DNA of 62,965 nt, filler included, from Octopus bimaculoides (taxonomy: Eukaryota), in the NCBI RefSeq assembly GCF_001194135.2. It is 8 parts of 8 records of this genome, joined end to end, with 100 filler letters (N's around TTAATTAATTAA, not from the genome) between each part and the next. Parts side by side here need not be neighbours in the genome. Positions count along the whole stretch, not along the records: positions 23,551 to 52,110 come from NC_068992.1; 7 more parts are not named here. One strand, written 5' to 3'. Below the pieces are notes generated by a model, which was given only the letters and a program-made list of their open reading frames with translations, had not been told where the DNA came from and searched no databases. Shown here in pieces: positions 24,757-37,925 of the stretch (the stretch's first letter is position 1; the number at the start of each line of letters is the position of its first letter). Made by a program: the position numbers and the translations under genes.

Positions 24757-24987
24757 TATNNNNNNNNNNNNNNNNNNNNNNNNNNNNNNNNNNNNNNNNN
24801 NNNNNNNNNNNNNNNNNNNNNNNNNNNNNNNNNNNNNNNNNNNNNNNNNNNNNNNNNNNNNNNNNNNNNNNNNNNNNNNNNNNNNNNNNNNNNNNNNNNN
24901 NNNNNNNNNNNNNNNNNNNNNNNNNNNNNNNNNNNNNNNNNNNNNNNNNNNNNNNNNNNNNNNNNNNNNNNNNNNNNNNNNNNNNNN

Positions 24988-25027
<40 letters not shown>

Positions 25028-26129
25028 CAGGGTGACCCAAAAGTAGGTTTAAAGTTATTCAACTTTGTTTTCGCATACATATACTTATAGCTTAGACCCA
25101 ATTATGAAAAAATGCTCTATGCTAATTTAGTTAATTTTGCCAAGCTCTCTCTTCAGTTTGTAAGATTTAGATGTAGTAAAATGTTTTAAAAGAAAAATCT
25201 TTTAAAAGTGCCCACGTGATAAGTGCTAACCTACTTTGGAGACTTTATATGTATATATATATATATTCGAGTAATATGCATTTATCTATATTGTGGGTAT
25301 GGATGGATAGACAGAATGATTTGAATGTATGTACGTTTGCCCTTTATGTATATATACATAGATTTCCATTAAATTCCTTAAAGGAATTATTGGAGAATTT
25401 AAACCAGACACGTCCTTTTCGTCACTTATTGTGATCGAAACTGGAGCCATCGAGTTCTGATGTAAACACTTAATACGCATAGACATGCGTGCGCCGACTC
25501 ACACACTACGCAAACCCAGCTGCTTGCACACATATACACACACACATACAAAGATATGTACATACGCACACAGACACACATTTGTTCCATATTTTTCCTG
25601 GAAGTCTAATTATCTGTTAAATTAATTCTTAATTTCTGAATACCGTCTTCTTCATATTGTTTTTCTTCATTTTTGCAATTCTTGGTTTTAGTTACCCCTA
25701 AAATTTCTTTCCACCACCCCAAAACAAAAGAAGCGAAACATTTTGAATCATTAAGCGTTTTTACGAACGTCATTAAGTACATCACTAAATACGTGTTGTC
25801 TCGAAATTCCTGCCATTGACCTACTTACCTTGTTTTCATTCGTTAATTTTGTGTTGTAATTATACAAATTTTATTGGCCTCGAAAATTCCAAATTTTGTT
25901 TCTAATTCTCGAGAGCTTTGGCAAGTGATCAAAGTAGGTTGAAGTAGACAAAGCATTATGGTATATTTTTTGAAGACCCATACGTGTTAGTAACACTGTC
26001 TGCAAAAAAAAAAAAAAAAAAAAAAAATTAAGTGTTTTTCATCTAAATGAAAATTTAATTTTCTTACAAATTTATTCTTTACATTTAAGGCGCTAGGATT
26101 AATAAGAGGTAAAATGTTAGCTGACCACC

Positions 26130-26279
26130 GATATGGTGCTAGGGTCAGTCTTACTGCATGGCACTTTGAACAAATGTCTTCCAATATAGCCCCGGCTCGA
26201 GGTTATATGTCTTCTAATTGATAATATAACCTCGGGCTTGTGAGTACATCTGGTAGACAGAAACTGAAAGAAGACCTTC

Positions 26280-26359
<80 letters not shown>

Positions 26360-26460
26360 NNNNNNNNNNAAAAACAATTTGCTTGAGTCGATTCGTTCGA
26401 CTACGAGTTTTTTAAGCTGGTGCTCCAGCATAGGCGCAATCCTATGACTGAAACAAATAA
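26130..26460 (+). mobile_element. SINE-A fragment with an internal inverted micro-duplication
   Basis: SINE-A motifs either side of a 10-N gap; hairpin CGAGGTTATAT / ATATAACCTCG at 26198-26234. Confidence 0.65.
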
Positions 26461-26791
26461 ATGACACTACTGGCAAGGCAGCTTTTCTTTCTGATATTTC
26501 CTCACAATTAATTGTACGTTTTGGTTTTCTCATCCTAATGATATGCAAATATTAATTCAAATTCATTTATAAGTCTTTGAAAAGTTTCTGAAGTGTTAAG
26601 ACGTAGCTACAAGCAACATATTTTATTAACAAAAATGTTTTGTGGTTTACAAAGGCTGCTGAATTTACCCTCCGTAAGTTTTAAACGGTATGTAATTTCT
26701 AAGATAGGAATCATTAAAATTTGATTTTCATCCTCAAATATTTATGTCTATCCTACGCTCGAACCCAACTTATATATTTTGATCCTTTTTA

Positions 26792-27225
26792 AGGCGGTGA
26801 GCTGGCAGAAACGTTTACACGCCGGGCGAAATGCTTAGCAGTATTTCGTATGCCGGTATGTTCTGAGTTCAAATTCCGCCGAGGACGACTTTGCCTTTCA
26901 TCCTTTCGTGGTCGATAAATTAAGTACCAGTTGCGCACAGAGGTCGATATAATCGACTTAATCCCTTCGTCTGTCCTTGTTTGTCTCCTCTATGTTTAGC
27001 CCCTTGTGGGCAATAAAGAAATGAGAAACATTAGCACTCCGGGCAAAATGCTTAGCGGTATTTTGTCTGTCTTTACGTTCCGAGTTCAAATTCCGCCGAG
27101 ATCGACTGTGCTTTTCATCCTTTCGAGGTCAATAAATTAAGTACCACTTGCGTACTGTGGTCGATTTAATTGACTGGCTCTCCCCAGAAATATCAGGCTT
27201 TGTGACTGAAGTAGAAAGGAATATT
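26792..27225 (+). mobile_element. Two tandem SINE-B copies (tRNA-derived; conserved core GACTTTGCCTTTCATCC...AATTAAGTACCA), second copy 5'-truncated
   Basis: AGGCGGTGAGCTGGCAGAA head, TGAGTTCAAATTCC B box; core repeated at about 26885 and 27105; the two tails differ. Confidence 0.88.
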
Positions 27226-27345
27226 TCAATCCTTTTTTAATGTGACTTTATGCGATGAAATTTATTCTACTTTACTTGAAATTACTTTTATTGGTTCAAA
27301 TTCATACCAGTGTGCTGAGTAACAGAAGAACAGTAGTTACCGAAT

Positions 27346-27560
27346 GTAAGGCTGTGAGCTGGCTCAGTCGTTAACACGCAAAGCGCTTCGCGGCATCTCG
27401 TCCGATTTCATGTTCTGAGTTCAAATCCCCCCCCAGATCGACTTTGCCGTTCGTCACTTTTGAGGTCGACGATATAAGTACCAGATAAACACTGGGTTCT
27501 ATGCAATGGACTTAACTCCTCTTCGAATTGCTTGCTTTGCACAAAAATTTGAGAACCATA
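27346..27560 (+). mobile_element. SINE-B, degenerate
   Basis: AAGGCTGTGAGCTGGC head, TGAGTTCAAATCC, GACTTTGCC...TAAGTACCAG. Confidence 0.75.
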
Positions 27561-27744
27561 ATTACCGATTTTATGAGATCGTGAAGTTCCATAAATAAAA
27601 CTGACAGTTATTAATATATGATAATAAAACCTTAGTAATGAGAGATCGCTTAGTCTACTACAAAATTATTGCTTTAAACAGCTGTGTAACCTCTGAAATA
27701 GGTTCCATCACAAACATTAGTCACAGTAGCTTGTTGCCAGATAA

Positions 27745-27838
27745 CTACAGTGAAGCAAACTTGTTCTGAGGGCAGGGTTCTTCCAGTGATGTTTTTGTAA
27801 AGGTGTCTGTAATCTGAGATATTGCTGATGCTAAATGC
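27745..27838 (-). CDS. Candidate terminal exon of a putative minus-strand membrane-protein gene
   Basis: Acceptor ...ACATACAG; (R)HLASAISQITDTFTKTSLEEPCPQNKFASL*; phase matches the 32344 donor. Confidence 0.25.
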
Positions 27839-28324
27839 CTGTATGTGTGTGTATGTGTGAGTGTGTTCACGTGTGTGTACCTAGACCTCTCTATTTTAGG
27901 AGGCGCAGGTACATTTTATGAACGGTACGCAGAAAATGGTCAATCATTGAACCAGAAACACTTCAATCCCATCGCATTACTATTCTGTTGCAGTATAAAC
28001 TCATTGATATTATTGACTAGAAGACTGTAGTTTGATCCTACATTATCGTCACATTTGCTAGATTGCAATCAATGTCGTAATCTTTTGCGAATGACTGCAA
28101 GCTGTGTGTGGGTTAGTTTTTAGGAAATTAAGAGAATATTATATCTCCTCTTGTCGCCTTCAGTGACACAGACACTGAAAAATAAAACATCATTCTTAAT
28201 TCAATATTACGAAACTGAGAAAGAAAGCGAAATTATTCAACCTACATGCATGTGTGTATGTATGTATGTATGTATGTATGTATGTATGTATGTGTGTATG
28301 TATACACATGTACACACATATCTG

Positions 28325-28363
<39 letters not shown>

Positions 28364-28491
28364 ATATATATATATATGTTGTTGTACTTGGGGATGGTCA
28401 TATAGCCAGTTTAGCCAATAAAAACACACGCACTGTATATTTGGTGTTAATTTGCTTCAGCTTTATATTACATTAATCTTAATCTTATTTC

Positions 28492-28536
28492 GGCCAGAGT
28501 TCTTTCGTCACACTTCTGTGACCTCATCAGTGGTCC
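28492..28536 (-). ncRNA. Minimal type I hammerhead ribozyme motif with a fully canonical core
   Basis: GGACCA-CTGATGA-G-GTCACA(GAAG)TGTGAC-GAAA-G(AA)C-TC-TGGCC: perfect 6-bp stem II, CUC triplet, stem I with one bulge. Confidence 0.75.
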
Positions 28537-28678
28537 TTTGTTTCCTTCCTTCTTATGTGTGTCTCACCTTGCTAACTATCAGCCATATATATATGTATGT
28601 ATGTATGTATGTATACATATTATTCTTTTATTTTACTCGTTACAGTCATGCGGCTGCGGTCATGGTGGTGTACCATAT

Positions 28679-28769
<91 letters not shown>

Positions 28770-29131
28770 CAACACAGATGTACAGGTATCAGTTCATTAC
28801 CACCGTTTCAAGTGACTCTTATTTGGTTAATGGAAGCATTATATCAATTACGAAGAAACCGTTGTCGTCAGATAGACTTCAAGCATAAGGATATAACCAT
28901 ACATCTATAGAAAGTACCTTTATAAAAGTACATGTATGATTTTCCCAGAGTGGATATCTTCACATAACTGGGTTGCGTTGCCTGCACACACGGCAAGAAT
29001 ATCAGGTAGAAACACTGCTGGACGGATCATGATATTCAATATTCAATTAATATATATATTATTTTTTTTTAATGTGCGGATTAAACCGACCCAGCAAGGT
29101 GCCTAAATTTAAGTACCCAATTGAACTGAAT

Positions 29132-29162
<31 letters not shown>

Positions 29163-30502
29163 GTAAATATATATAATGCAGGCGAACACAATTTGGCTTC
29201 ACACTCACACATGCTCACACGCGCGCGCACGCACGCACACACATATACATACTGACACATACACATATATATACATTCAGCACAAGAAAACGCAATACTA
29301 ATAAGAAAATATATGGTTTCGTAAATCGACAGCTGTTTCAGGAAGCTCAAATTATACATAATAATTGTAATTTTCATAATTTGCAAAAACAAAGCTTGAC
29401 TATAATATCCGGAAAGATGTGTATATTCAACCAGTAAATACAGACATACACTTACATTTGTGTGCGCGCGTGCGTGTGTCTATGTGTTATATTTATGCAT
29501 GTATGTATATATGCAATTTTGTATGGTCGATAATTTTGGCATATGTTCCATGTATAAATATATTACGCTAATTCGCTTTAAGGCGAAATCCTAAGTATTG
29601 TCTTTCGTTTATACTCATCAGAGGCGAGCATAGAATTTCTGTAAAAGTATCATATACATTACATAATTTTTACAACATGCCACTAGTTTAGCAGAAAACG
29701 AAGATGACCAAAATAAATGTCAGAATCGTGAATCATGCTCTTGCTAAAAATATTTTTTATCTCTTAAAATTTTGAAGTTGTACCAAAATGTCCAACGCAA
29801 TTTCATGCACATAGAGTTATTTCTAGTTATTAAAATCTAACTATCAATGTAGGCGTCGAATAAACTGCACGCTAAAGTTATATCGTTGCTAAATATTACA
29901 AATGCATGCGTCTCTATCAATCTGCATTGATAATGAATAAAACTGAACAATGCTGGGTCAAGCTACTAAATATAATTATCATGATACAAGTATTTCTACG
30001 AGCGGGACCAGTGAATATTTCACTTTTACCTTGAACTAATCACGAGAAAGCGTTACAGACGGCCTATGTAATGGAGGAAAAACTTAGTAAAAAAACTTAC
30101 ACATTTCATTCATCACTACCTCCTCTCCCCATTTTTCTCCTCTATTTCCACTCCCAACTCTACATTCCCTTCCCCTCATCACTGCCATCCCCCACCCCCA
30201 AATCACCCTTCAACTATTTACGTGGAAGCGTTACGGACGGGCTAAATAACGGAAGAAGAAACTAGATTATTATAATATAGGTACAGATAAATGTTATCTT
30301 ATCACTTTCCTTCATTATCACTCAATATTAATTCTGCAAACACAGTATGAACTAAAGAGTAAATAAAAATCTAAATATTGTTCCGAATTTGTGAACACCA
30401 ACTGAAATCCACATTACCAAATATTGATTTACTTATTATTCAGCTTATAGTTCTTAGTTTTGTATCTTTGTAGCATACAGTATGTATATATATACAAACA
30501 CA

Positions 30503-30545
<43 letters not shown>

Positions 30546-30802
30546 ATNNNNNNNNNNAACGGATGCGTGGCGTTCGATCATATAATAATATAAATAATAT
30601 ATAGATATATGCAAATATGTACATACCTACATCTATATGTATACATACATGCATATATGGTACAGGACATCCTGTACCCATATATACATATATGTATACA
30701 TATAGATGTTAAGGGTTCTAGATGTAAAGAAACCAAAGTATATACAGATGTAATTTTATTTGTATTAAATAGTTTGCTATGTTTTTATCGTGATACAAAT
30801 AA

Positions 30803-30932
30803 AACTAGAAAAGCATTTGGAGAGCACACACCTCCGTCAAGCAGCTAATTTCCACCCATATACACGCATGCTGAAAATCGCCCAATTTCCCAAACCAACG
30901 CCGGCAAAAACGTAACCTCCTTGACGAGGTTA
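30803..30932 (+). mobile_element. Short Helentron-associated (HINE/DINE-1-like) element
   Basis: Subterminal inverted repeats ACCTCCGTCAAG (30830) / CTTGACGAGGT (30920) and terminal hairpin ACCTC-CTTGAC-GAGGT followed by an A run. Confidence 0.6.
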
Positions 30933-31104
30933 AAAAAATAACACAGCCATATGATATTTTTTAAAAACCTTTAAAAACAGCAATCATCTGAAGCAGTTAT
31001 AATACATCAATGACAACAGCAAGCTATTTTCACAGCGGTGGGGGAAAGAGTAAAGCCTGAGATTTTTTTAGTCGATCCCAATAGTCACAGCTTGTCATGT
31101 CATC

Positions 31105-31493
31105 CTCCACAGACCTCCGCCAAACAGTTCATTTTAAGATAGATACGCGAGTAAAATTACTAATAGAGAAACGAAAATAAATTTGGAAACAGCAACGCCA
31201 CCATAGGTTAAGTGGAAATGATGAATGTGTTTCAACTCAAGGAAGATAATCAAAGAACGTAACATTGTAATACTTCATGTAAAGTAAATATAACAAATGA
31301 AAAATCATTCAAGAATTTATAAAAATTCCTGGATCACTACCAAAATTTCAGCAACTGTTCATTGTTTTATTACCAACTTTTCCTGCCAGTTTCATCAAAT
31401 ACCGTTTACAACTTTTTAAGTTATTTTGCACACAAACAGACAGACAAACGAACGCCGATGAAGACATAACCTGCTTCCTTGGCGGAGGTAATA
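31105..31493 (+). mobile_element. Helentron-associated (HINE/DINE-1-like) element
   Basis: ACCTCCGCCAA (31113) / TTGGCGGAGGT (31479); (CAGA)n microsatellite and AACATAACC...TTGGCGGAGGTAAT 3' end. Confidence 0.65.
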
Positions 31494-31672
31494 AGTATCC
31501 ACTATATATTTTTTCTCCATTATCTTATATCAATGTAACTGTAAATTAGACTCTTTATCCCTATATATTGTGAAAATTCTCTCCATTTATCATCGATAAC
31601 ACTAGTTCATCTCTGGATTTTATAATCCCTAAGGAAGAAATTACAATCGCAAATTGACTATATATATATATA

Positions 31673-31710
<38 letters not shown>

Positions 31711-32343
31711 CGTGTGTGTGTGTGTGTGTGTAAAATAGTATTTTTAATGTATTTCAGGTGTAGTTATTGTATTCATATATATATATATATTATTGGAGAT
31801 AAATGCATACATTATGTGGAATATACAAAAAATCAAATTGAACTGTAGTTATAAATATCATCAACCATTTCACGCTGTTGGTAAACGATCTTCTAATTAC
31901 ATTCTTGGTATTGAATTGTACATCAATATTGACTCTTTTTTGTGTAGGAATTTAATGGTTACTTATATGTTACACCCAGTGATTTGAAAGCTGCATTCGA
32001 CAAAAGTTTTTTTTTTTTTTTATCTTCCTCTACAGGTACATTCCGTTAGCAGATTTGCACATTCTCCTCAAATTATTTTAGTGTATCTCGGCAGATTTTC
32101 TAAAGAATTTCGAGCCAGCATTGAAAGTTACGAAATTTCCTATACGAAACGGCTATGTAAACAATTCAACCGAAGATAGAAAAATATATGCATGTTTCTG
32201 GAGTTAGGGTATCTTCAACATCACATGCAATCTATTGAGTATCCACGAATACAGTGCTTAAATAATCACCAGATTTAAAGAAGTAACACTGTTGGATAAA
32301 CGAATTTTGTGTCTTAAACTCATTCCTGGCAACAGATACGTAC

Positions 32344-32477
32344 CTTTTGATGGTTGTCAGGGACACCGTATTTTGCTTTGCAAACATAATTTCTACCAAG
32401 TATATTATGGTTGCAAAACTAATCACCGTGCCCAAACCAAGAATTAACTTTCCTAGAATATGTATTAATGAACATCG
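32344..32477 (-). CDS. Candidate exon encoding one transmembrane helix (M4-like)
   Basis: RCSLIHILGKLILGLGTVISFATIIYLVEIMFAKQNTVSLTTIK; strong donor AAG/GTACGT; weak acceptor AATAG (alternative TTCTAG). Confidence 0.35.
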
Positions 32478-33099
32478 CTATTATGATCTGGTCATGCAAT
32501 GATCTCGAGCCGGTCCATGCGCTGGTTACTTGCGTGGATTATTCGGTGCTAGTTGTTTTAGTATGTTGTTCTTTCTGGACATAGAAATATTACAAATGAA
32601 GGATCAATGGCTGAAGATTTCTTAAAATGAAGAAATGCTTTTTAGAGTACGTAGCTCACCCGTTAAAACAGATTTACATTTGCCCAAAAGAAGGACAATT
32701 CTATATCATTGGATCCAGAATCGTAGATGTTACATCATAGGTTTTCTTCTCCAAGACAGATGTATGAACAAAGACTAGAGGTTCAATGACTTCGATCTTT
32801 TAGACGGACATTGATTCTATTGCGTTCATTCGTTCCGTGACATGTTTTATTATTCTTTTTCCAGGGTGTTAAATAAAAGCCATCCTCCTGATCATACACG
32901 TTTGCCGATTGCCAGTTTAGTGGTCGATAACATGTTCGCTGTAGCATTAAGAATAACCTGGAATATATGCATACACACATACATACTAACATATGTATGT
33001 ATATATAAATACGTGATTAACTATTTGAAATTTCAATGCAACTATATTTGTTTTGGTGTGAAATTAAAACCAGAACATATACATGCACAAATATGTATG

Positions 33100-33130
<31 letters not shown>

Positions 33131-33798
33131 TTGTGTATGTACAAATGGACGTAGCTATTTGGAATAAATCTGTCCAAATATGTTGAATAGTTGTGCGTTT
33201 GAACAGCTGGAAGTGTACTTTTAGTGAATGCAAACATTAAATTTATCACATAATAATGGCGATGTTGTATCCTTCTGCAAGTCATTTATCACATTATTGA
33301 GCTCAAATCAAAGCAGCTTTTAGAACATTCTGACAGAGACGTTGAATATATTGATCGTTTCACTTACGCAAAGGATGGGCTGTTTTGGCAAAGATTCCAT
33401 ATAACAAGTTCAAGAATTTATTAAGTTTAGGAGTGTCTAGCAGCAGCGATTTTGTTGATTTGGTATCAAGAGCAAATCAACGATTTTCGCCAATAATCCT
33501 GATTTCTATCCCTTTTTTAACTCTTTTAAACTTGCTGACTTCTGCAGTTTAGTAACGTTTTCAAAGTGACATTGATTATAGAAATATCTTAGAAGGTTTC
33601 TGAATGTTTTTTTCTATAAACACAAACATATGTGTATAATTAAGAACAATTAAGAGCCACACTTTGTAACTACGTAGTTTAAATTCCAGCCTAGCTGCAA
33701 GGTACACTGGGTAAATGTCTGCAACTATAGAGCCTCGGGTCGCTCAATGCCTTGTGAAGGAATTTGGCAGACAGAAGGAAACCCTGGAAAGCACCTCC

Positions 33799-33829
<31 letters not shown>

Positions 33830-34251
33830 AAGTAAAGTTGTGGAATACCGTACGAGTGGAAATATATATGAAAGAAGGTTTGAAAATGCACTTATTTTTT
33901 AAAAATATTTATTTACTTAACCGGTTTCACTTTTTTAGAAAAAGATTATCAAAAGTCTTTGAGAATAATAAAAAATGTTAAAAAACAGTCTGAGTATTAA
34001 AATGCATATATACATTCTTTGATGATAAAATATATTTAAAGTATAAAGCTTTGTATGAACTTTGTAGTGTTACATACTGATTGTCATATCAAGGTGAAAT
34101 TGTTAAAAACAGTGTTAAAAACAGTGTATGAAAATACACATATGGAAAAATACATATACATATACATATTCTCATACATATTCTTTGACAATCGAATAAA
34201 ATTGAGAAGGAACTGACCTGGCCTTATATACCTACATACGTACATACATGC

Positions 34252-34303
<52 letters not shown>

Positions 34304-34922
34304 CAGAATGGGACAAGAACGCAAAACTTCAAGACAGATAGGTGATACAAGAAAGGGACATAACATCCAGATAGACGATACAAAGAAAACACGAACAGGT
34401 CTGTATAGGCGCAAGCGTAGCTGTGCGTGTGTATTTCGTTTCTTTCCCTCCCTTTATCACAGCGGTCGTGTAGCTGACCGTTTGCAAATTCTATGTCCCA
34501 CTGTTTTCTATCCTTTAGGATGTTTTCTAAGCGTTACCCACCATTATTGTCTTTTTGGACTCTGGGGCTATATTTTTTCTCGTTTTTTTTATTTATTTCC
34601 TCTTTCATCATCGTCTTCGATCAGGTTTATTCACTATCATATATCCACTGTGTAATGTTTTGTTTTGTTTGCTCTCGGGCCTATTTTCTCCGCAAATTTC
34701 TCGGGTACCACCAGTATGGGAAGTTCTCAGTCCTATCATTAATGGTGCGAAACTGAGTAATACCATTTGGTTGATAACTGATGAAGAACTAGGGACATTT
34801 TGTTTCTCTCTCCCGTCCCCTAGTACACTCAGTATACGTTATGTCGTTCGATTATTTACAATACATTTTTCATTTATATATATTCATATACATATAATTT
34901 TCTCTCTCTCTCACTCTCTCTC

Positions 34923-34964
<42 letters not shown>

Positions 34965-36454
34965 NNNNNNNNNNNNNNNNNNNNNNNNNNNNNNNNNNNN
35001 NNNNNNNNNNNNNNNNNNNNNNNNNNNNNNNNNNNNNNNNNNNNNNNNNNNNNNNNNNNNNNNNNNNNNNNNNNNNNNNNNNNNNNNNNNNNNNNNNNNN
35101 NNNNNNNNNNNNNNNNNNNNNNNNNNNNNNNNNNNNNNNNNNNNNNNNNNNNNNNNNNNNNNNNNNNNNNNNNNNNNNNNNNNNNNNNNNNNNNNNNNNN
35201 NNNNNNNNNNNNNNNNNNNNNNNNNNNNNNNNNNNNNNNNNNNNNNNNNNNNNNNNNNNNNNNNNNNNNNNNNNNNNNNNNNNNNNNNNNNNNNNNNNNN
35301 NNNNNNNNNNNNNNNNNNNNNNNNNNNNNNNNNNNNNNNNNATATATATGTATATATATATATATATATAATTTCGTGTGTGTGTGTGTGTTGGTACATC
35401 TCACCGCTTGACAAACTGTGTTGGTCTGCTAACGTCCCCGCAAACTAGCCGCCCGGGAAAAGTACCCGAAGGACTGGATAGCAGCCTTCAATAAATGGAG
35501 CAAGTAAAAGAAGACTCTAATTACACCGTAACAGGGTATGCGAGATGAAGACCCAGTCAATACTGTTCAACGTTTTATATTCGCTCCTATACACAAACTC
35601 AAATGCATCCATGTCCACGGCTTCCAAAGCTGCTAACTATTAATTTTATAATAGCAGTCGATAAAAGAAAACAAAAAAATAATAGAAAAGAGATACGACT
35701 GTTATTTCTAGCAGTACATATAACTACTCGTATATATCATGACACATCTTTGGCCTCACCAATTATTATTTGTTACAGATAAGATTATTGCGGGTCACGA
35801 AACGTAATAGGAGAATTAAGCGTAGATTGAACATTTTTAAATCGTACAAGTTTCAACAACACTTCAACGACACATATCACAACTGCTATCGCGCTAAAGT
35901 TCCGTTGAAGAACATCTCGTCTAATTGCGCTAATTGAACACCTGCTTCATATAAAATACTAATCACATCGTTCCGAGCGAAACGTTAGATATATTTCATG
36001 CCGTTTAATGACAATCCAGCAAGCTCAAATACCAGACACGTTTTACCGACGGACACTCACCTCTCTCTCTCTCTCTCTTGCTTACTCGCTCAGTTTATTT
36101 CTCTATGTGAGTATGTGTATGCGGGTGTGTGTGTGTGTTTCGGTAAATTGAGAATAGGAAGGTAGGTTGGTAGTTAATTAAATTCCATAGTTAAGAGCAT
36201 AAAACTTGAAAATACCTCTGCCTACTCGTCTTCTAGCTGTTGCTGTGCTCGTTTTCAATGGGACCAGCTGAAAAGCTAGGTCTCTTACCGAAGGAATTTA
36301 TATTTCACCTATATATATATATATATATATANNNNNNNNNNATATATATATATATACAGACAAGAAAGTGAATTTCGAACTCAGTATAGCTGTGAAAACA
36401 GTAGAAATATTGTGTATCTCACAGTAATAAGATTGAAAAGAAGACTTCCTTGTA

Positions 36455-36523
36455 GACGGCTACGGGAGTCGAACCTGTAATCCTCAGATCCCGGATGGGG
36501 TCTCTACCATTGAACTAAACGGC
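36455..36523 (-). mobile_element. tRNA-like head (SINE or tRNA pseudogene), not a functional tRNA
   Basis: A box TAGTTCAATGGTAGAG and B box GGTTCGACTCC are present, but the acceptor and anticodon stems do not pair. Confidence 0.65.
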
Positions 36524-36644
36524 ACGATGACAACAGTTAGCGTCAATTTTAAAGATAAATAGTAACATTCGAATGCGACAACATTTTATAATGCTGGTCG
36601 GGACACTGTGATTCATTATGCAACTTCAATATATCACCAGTTAT

Positions 36645-36882
36645 ATTTATTTCTTTATTGCCCTCCAGGGGCTAAACATAGACGGATCGAACAAGGACAG
36701 AAAAGGGATTAAGTCGATTACATCGACCTCAGTGCGTAGCTAGTTCTTATTTAATGGACTCCGAAAGGATGAAAGACAAAGTCGAACCCAGTGGAATTTG
36801 AACTCAGAAAGCAACGGCAGACGAACTACCACGCTTAGCATTTCGCTCGGCGCGCTAACGATTCTTAAGGCTCGCCGCCCTG
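36645..36882 (-). mobile_element. SINE-B, full length
   Basis: Reverse complement of the 26792-27021 sequence. Confidence 0.85.
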
Positions 36883-36896
36883 AATTTAATAAAACT

Positions 36897-37154
36897 ATTC
36901 TGAAAATCAAAGAAAAAGAGGATATCTATGGACAGCTGCTTCGAAAACTCTAGCTTCTATATCCAGACTATGAATTCATATTCATGCCAATAATAATTGG
37001 GGCACTAGGTTTCGTTAGTAAATGCTTAAAGGAGAATCTGGATAAACTGGGGTTTTGAAATTGAGAAACTGACCGGCTGATTCGTACATTAGAAGTGCAA
37101 TCTGTGAGTAGAACAGTATATATATGCAAGACTTTTCTCAAGTTTCAAACGTGA
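36897..37154 (+). mobile_element. 3' relic of a restriction-like-endonuclease (R2/R4/NeSL-group) non-LTR element
   Basis: ILKIKEKEDIYGQLLRKL*LLYPDYEFIFMPIIIGALGFVSKCLKENLDKLGF** matches the REL-domain pattern K..EK..Y..L...PI(V/I)IGALG; three in-frame stops. Confidence 0.7.
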
Positions 37155-37299
37155 ATTTCTGTGTGTTATCTACGTCCCAAAGAGGGAGCCTTGTATCTTT
37201 ATTTAAAAGCGGTTCCCTCCTCAGTGGAAGATTTATACTAATCAAAAAATAGAAGTGACATACGCACATGCATGCATACATCTGCAGGGCGACTCATTT

Positions 37300-37425
37300 T
37301 TACAAGTTATGTGGACAAAAGCAATCCAAAATGAAACATTTTGCATCACCCGGCTCAGGAATCGAAACTAGAATCTTATGATCTTGAGGACAACATTTTA
37401 AGCAAAAGTCTACGCAACTCCACAG
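37300..37425 (-). mobile_element. SINE-C fragment
   Basis: CAGGAATCGAAAC...AATCTTATGATC matches 11907-11940. Confidence 0.6.
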
Positions 37426-37880
37426 ATGTGTGTGTTTGAGTTTTTGCATGTGCTTGTGTTAGTGCGTAAGTGTATGAGTGAGAAAGAGAAAGAAATAGCT
37501 AGATTGATAGTTATAGTTCTATATAAGTAATGAGTTAATGACATTTCGCTGTGCAAAACTCGTACAACTTAATTATATTTTACGACACTCTCCACTAGAT
37601 TGAATGTCTATGAATGTCTTTATATATTGATATATTTCATGAGAAATGTATCTAATACCAGTGTTTTAGTCAATATATATCTTCTAAAGTCGAAAGTATA
37701 ATGACATTGTACTAGCTACATTCTTTTAAAATTCAGCATGCACGCACACAAACACACACACACATGGTTATACGCAAAAACGCTCTCACAGTGTGTATAG
37801 ATACACACTCACAAAGATATGAACGCATACATGTTACCCTTTCTCTATATATGTGTTACACCAAACCGTCATTCTCCATT

Positions 37881-37925
<45 letters not shown>

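Noticed and set aside
25027-25060. TA-CAGGGTGACCCAAAAGTAGG, a Tc1/mariner-like TIR
   Set aside because: No partner TIR or transposase remnant nearby.
29581-29640. CTGATGA-GTATAAAC-GAAA on the minus strand
   Set aside because: Core strings are present, but stem II is 2 bp and no stem I or stem III partner pairs in any permutation.
32640-32960. Exon-like stretch with AG and GT signals on both strands
   Set aside because: No frame stays open between a good acceptor and a good donor.
34725-34835. GAAACTGAG, CTGATGA and CTCAGTA near a CTAGGGAC/GTCCCCTAG hairpin
   Set aside because: The elements are in the wrong order or unpaired for type I, II or III hammerheads; kept only as an unexplained hairpin.
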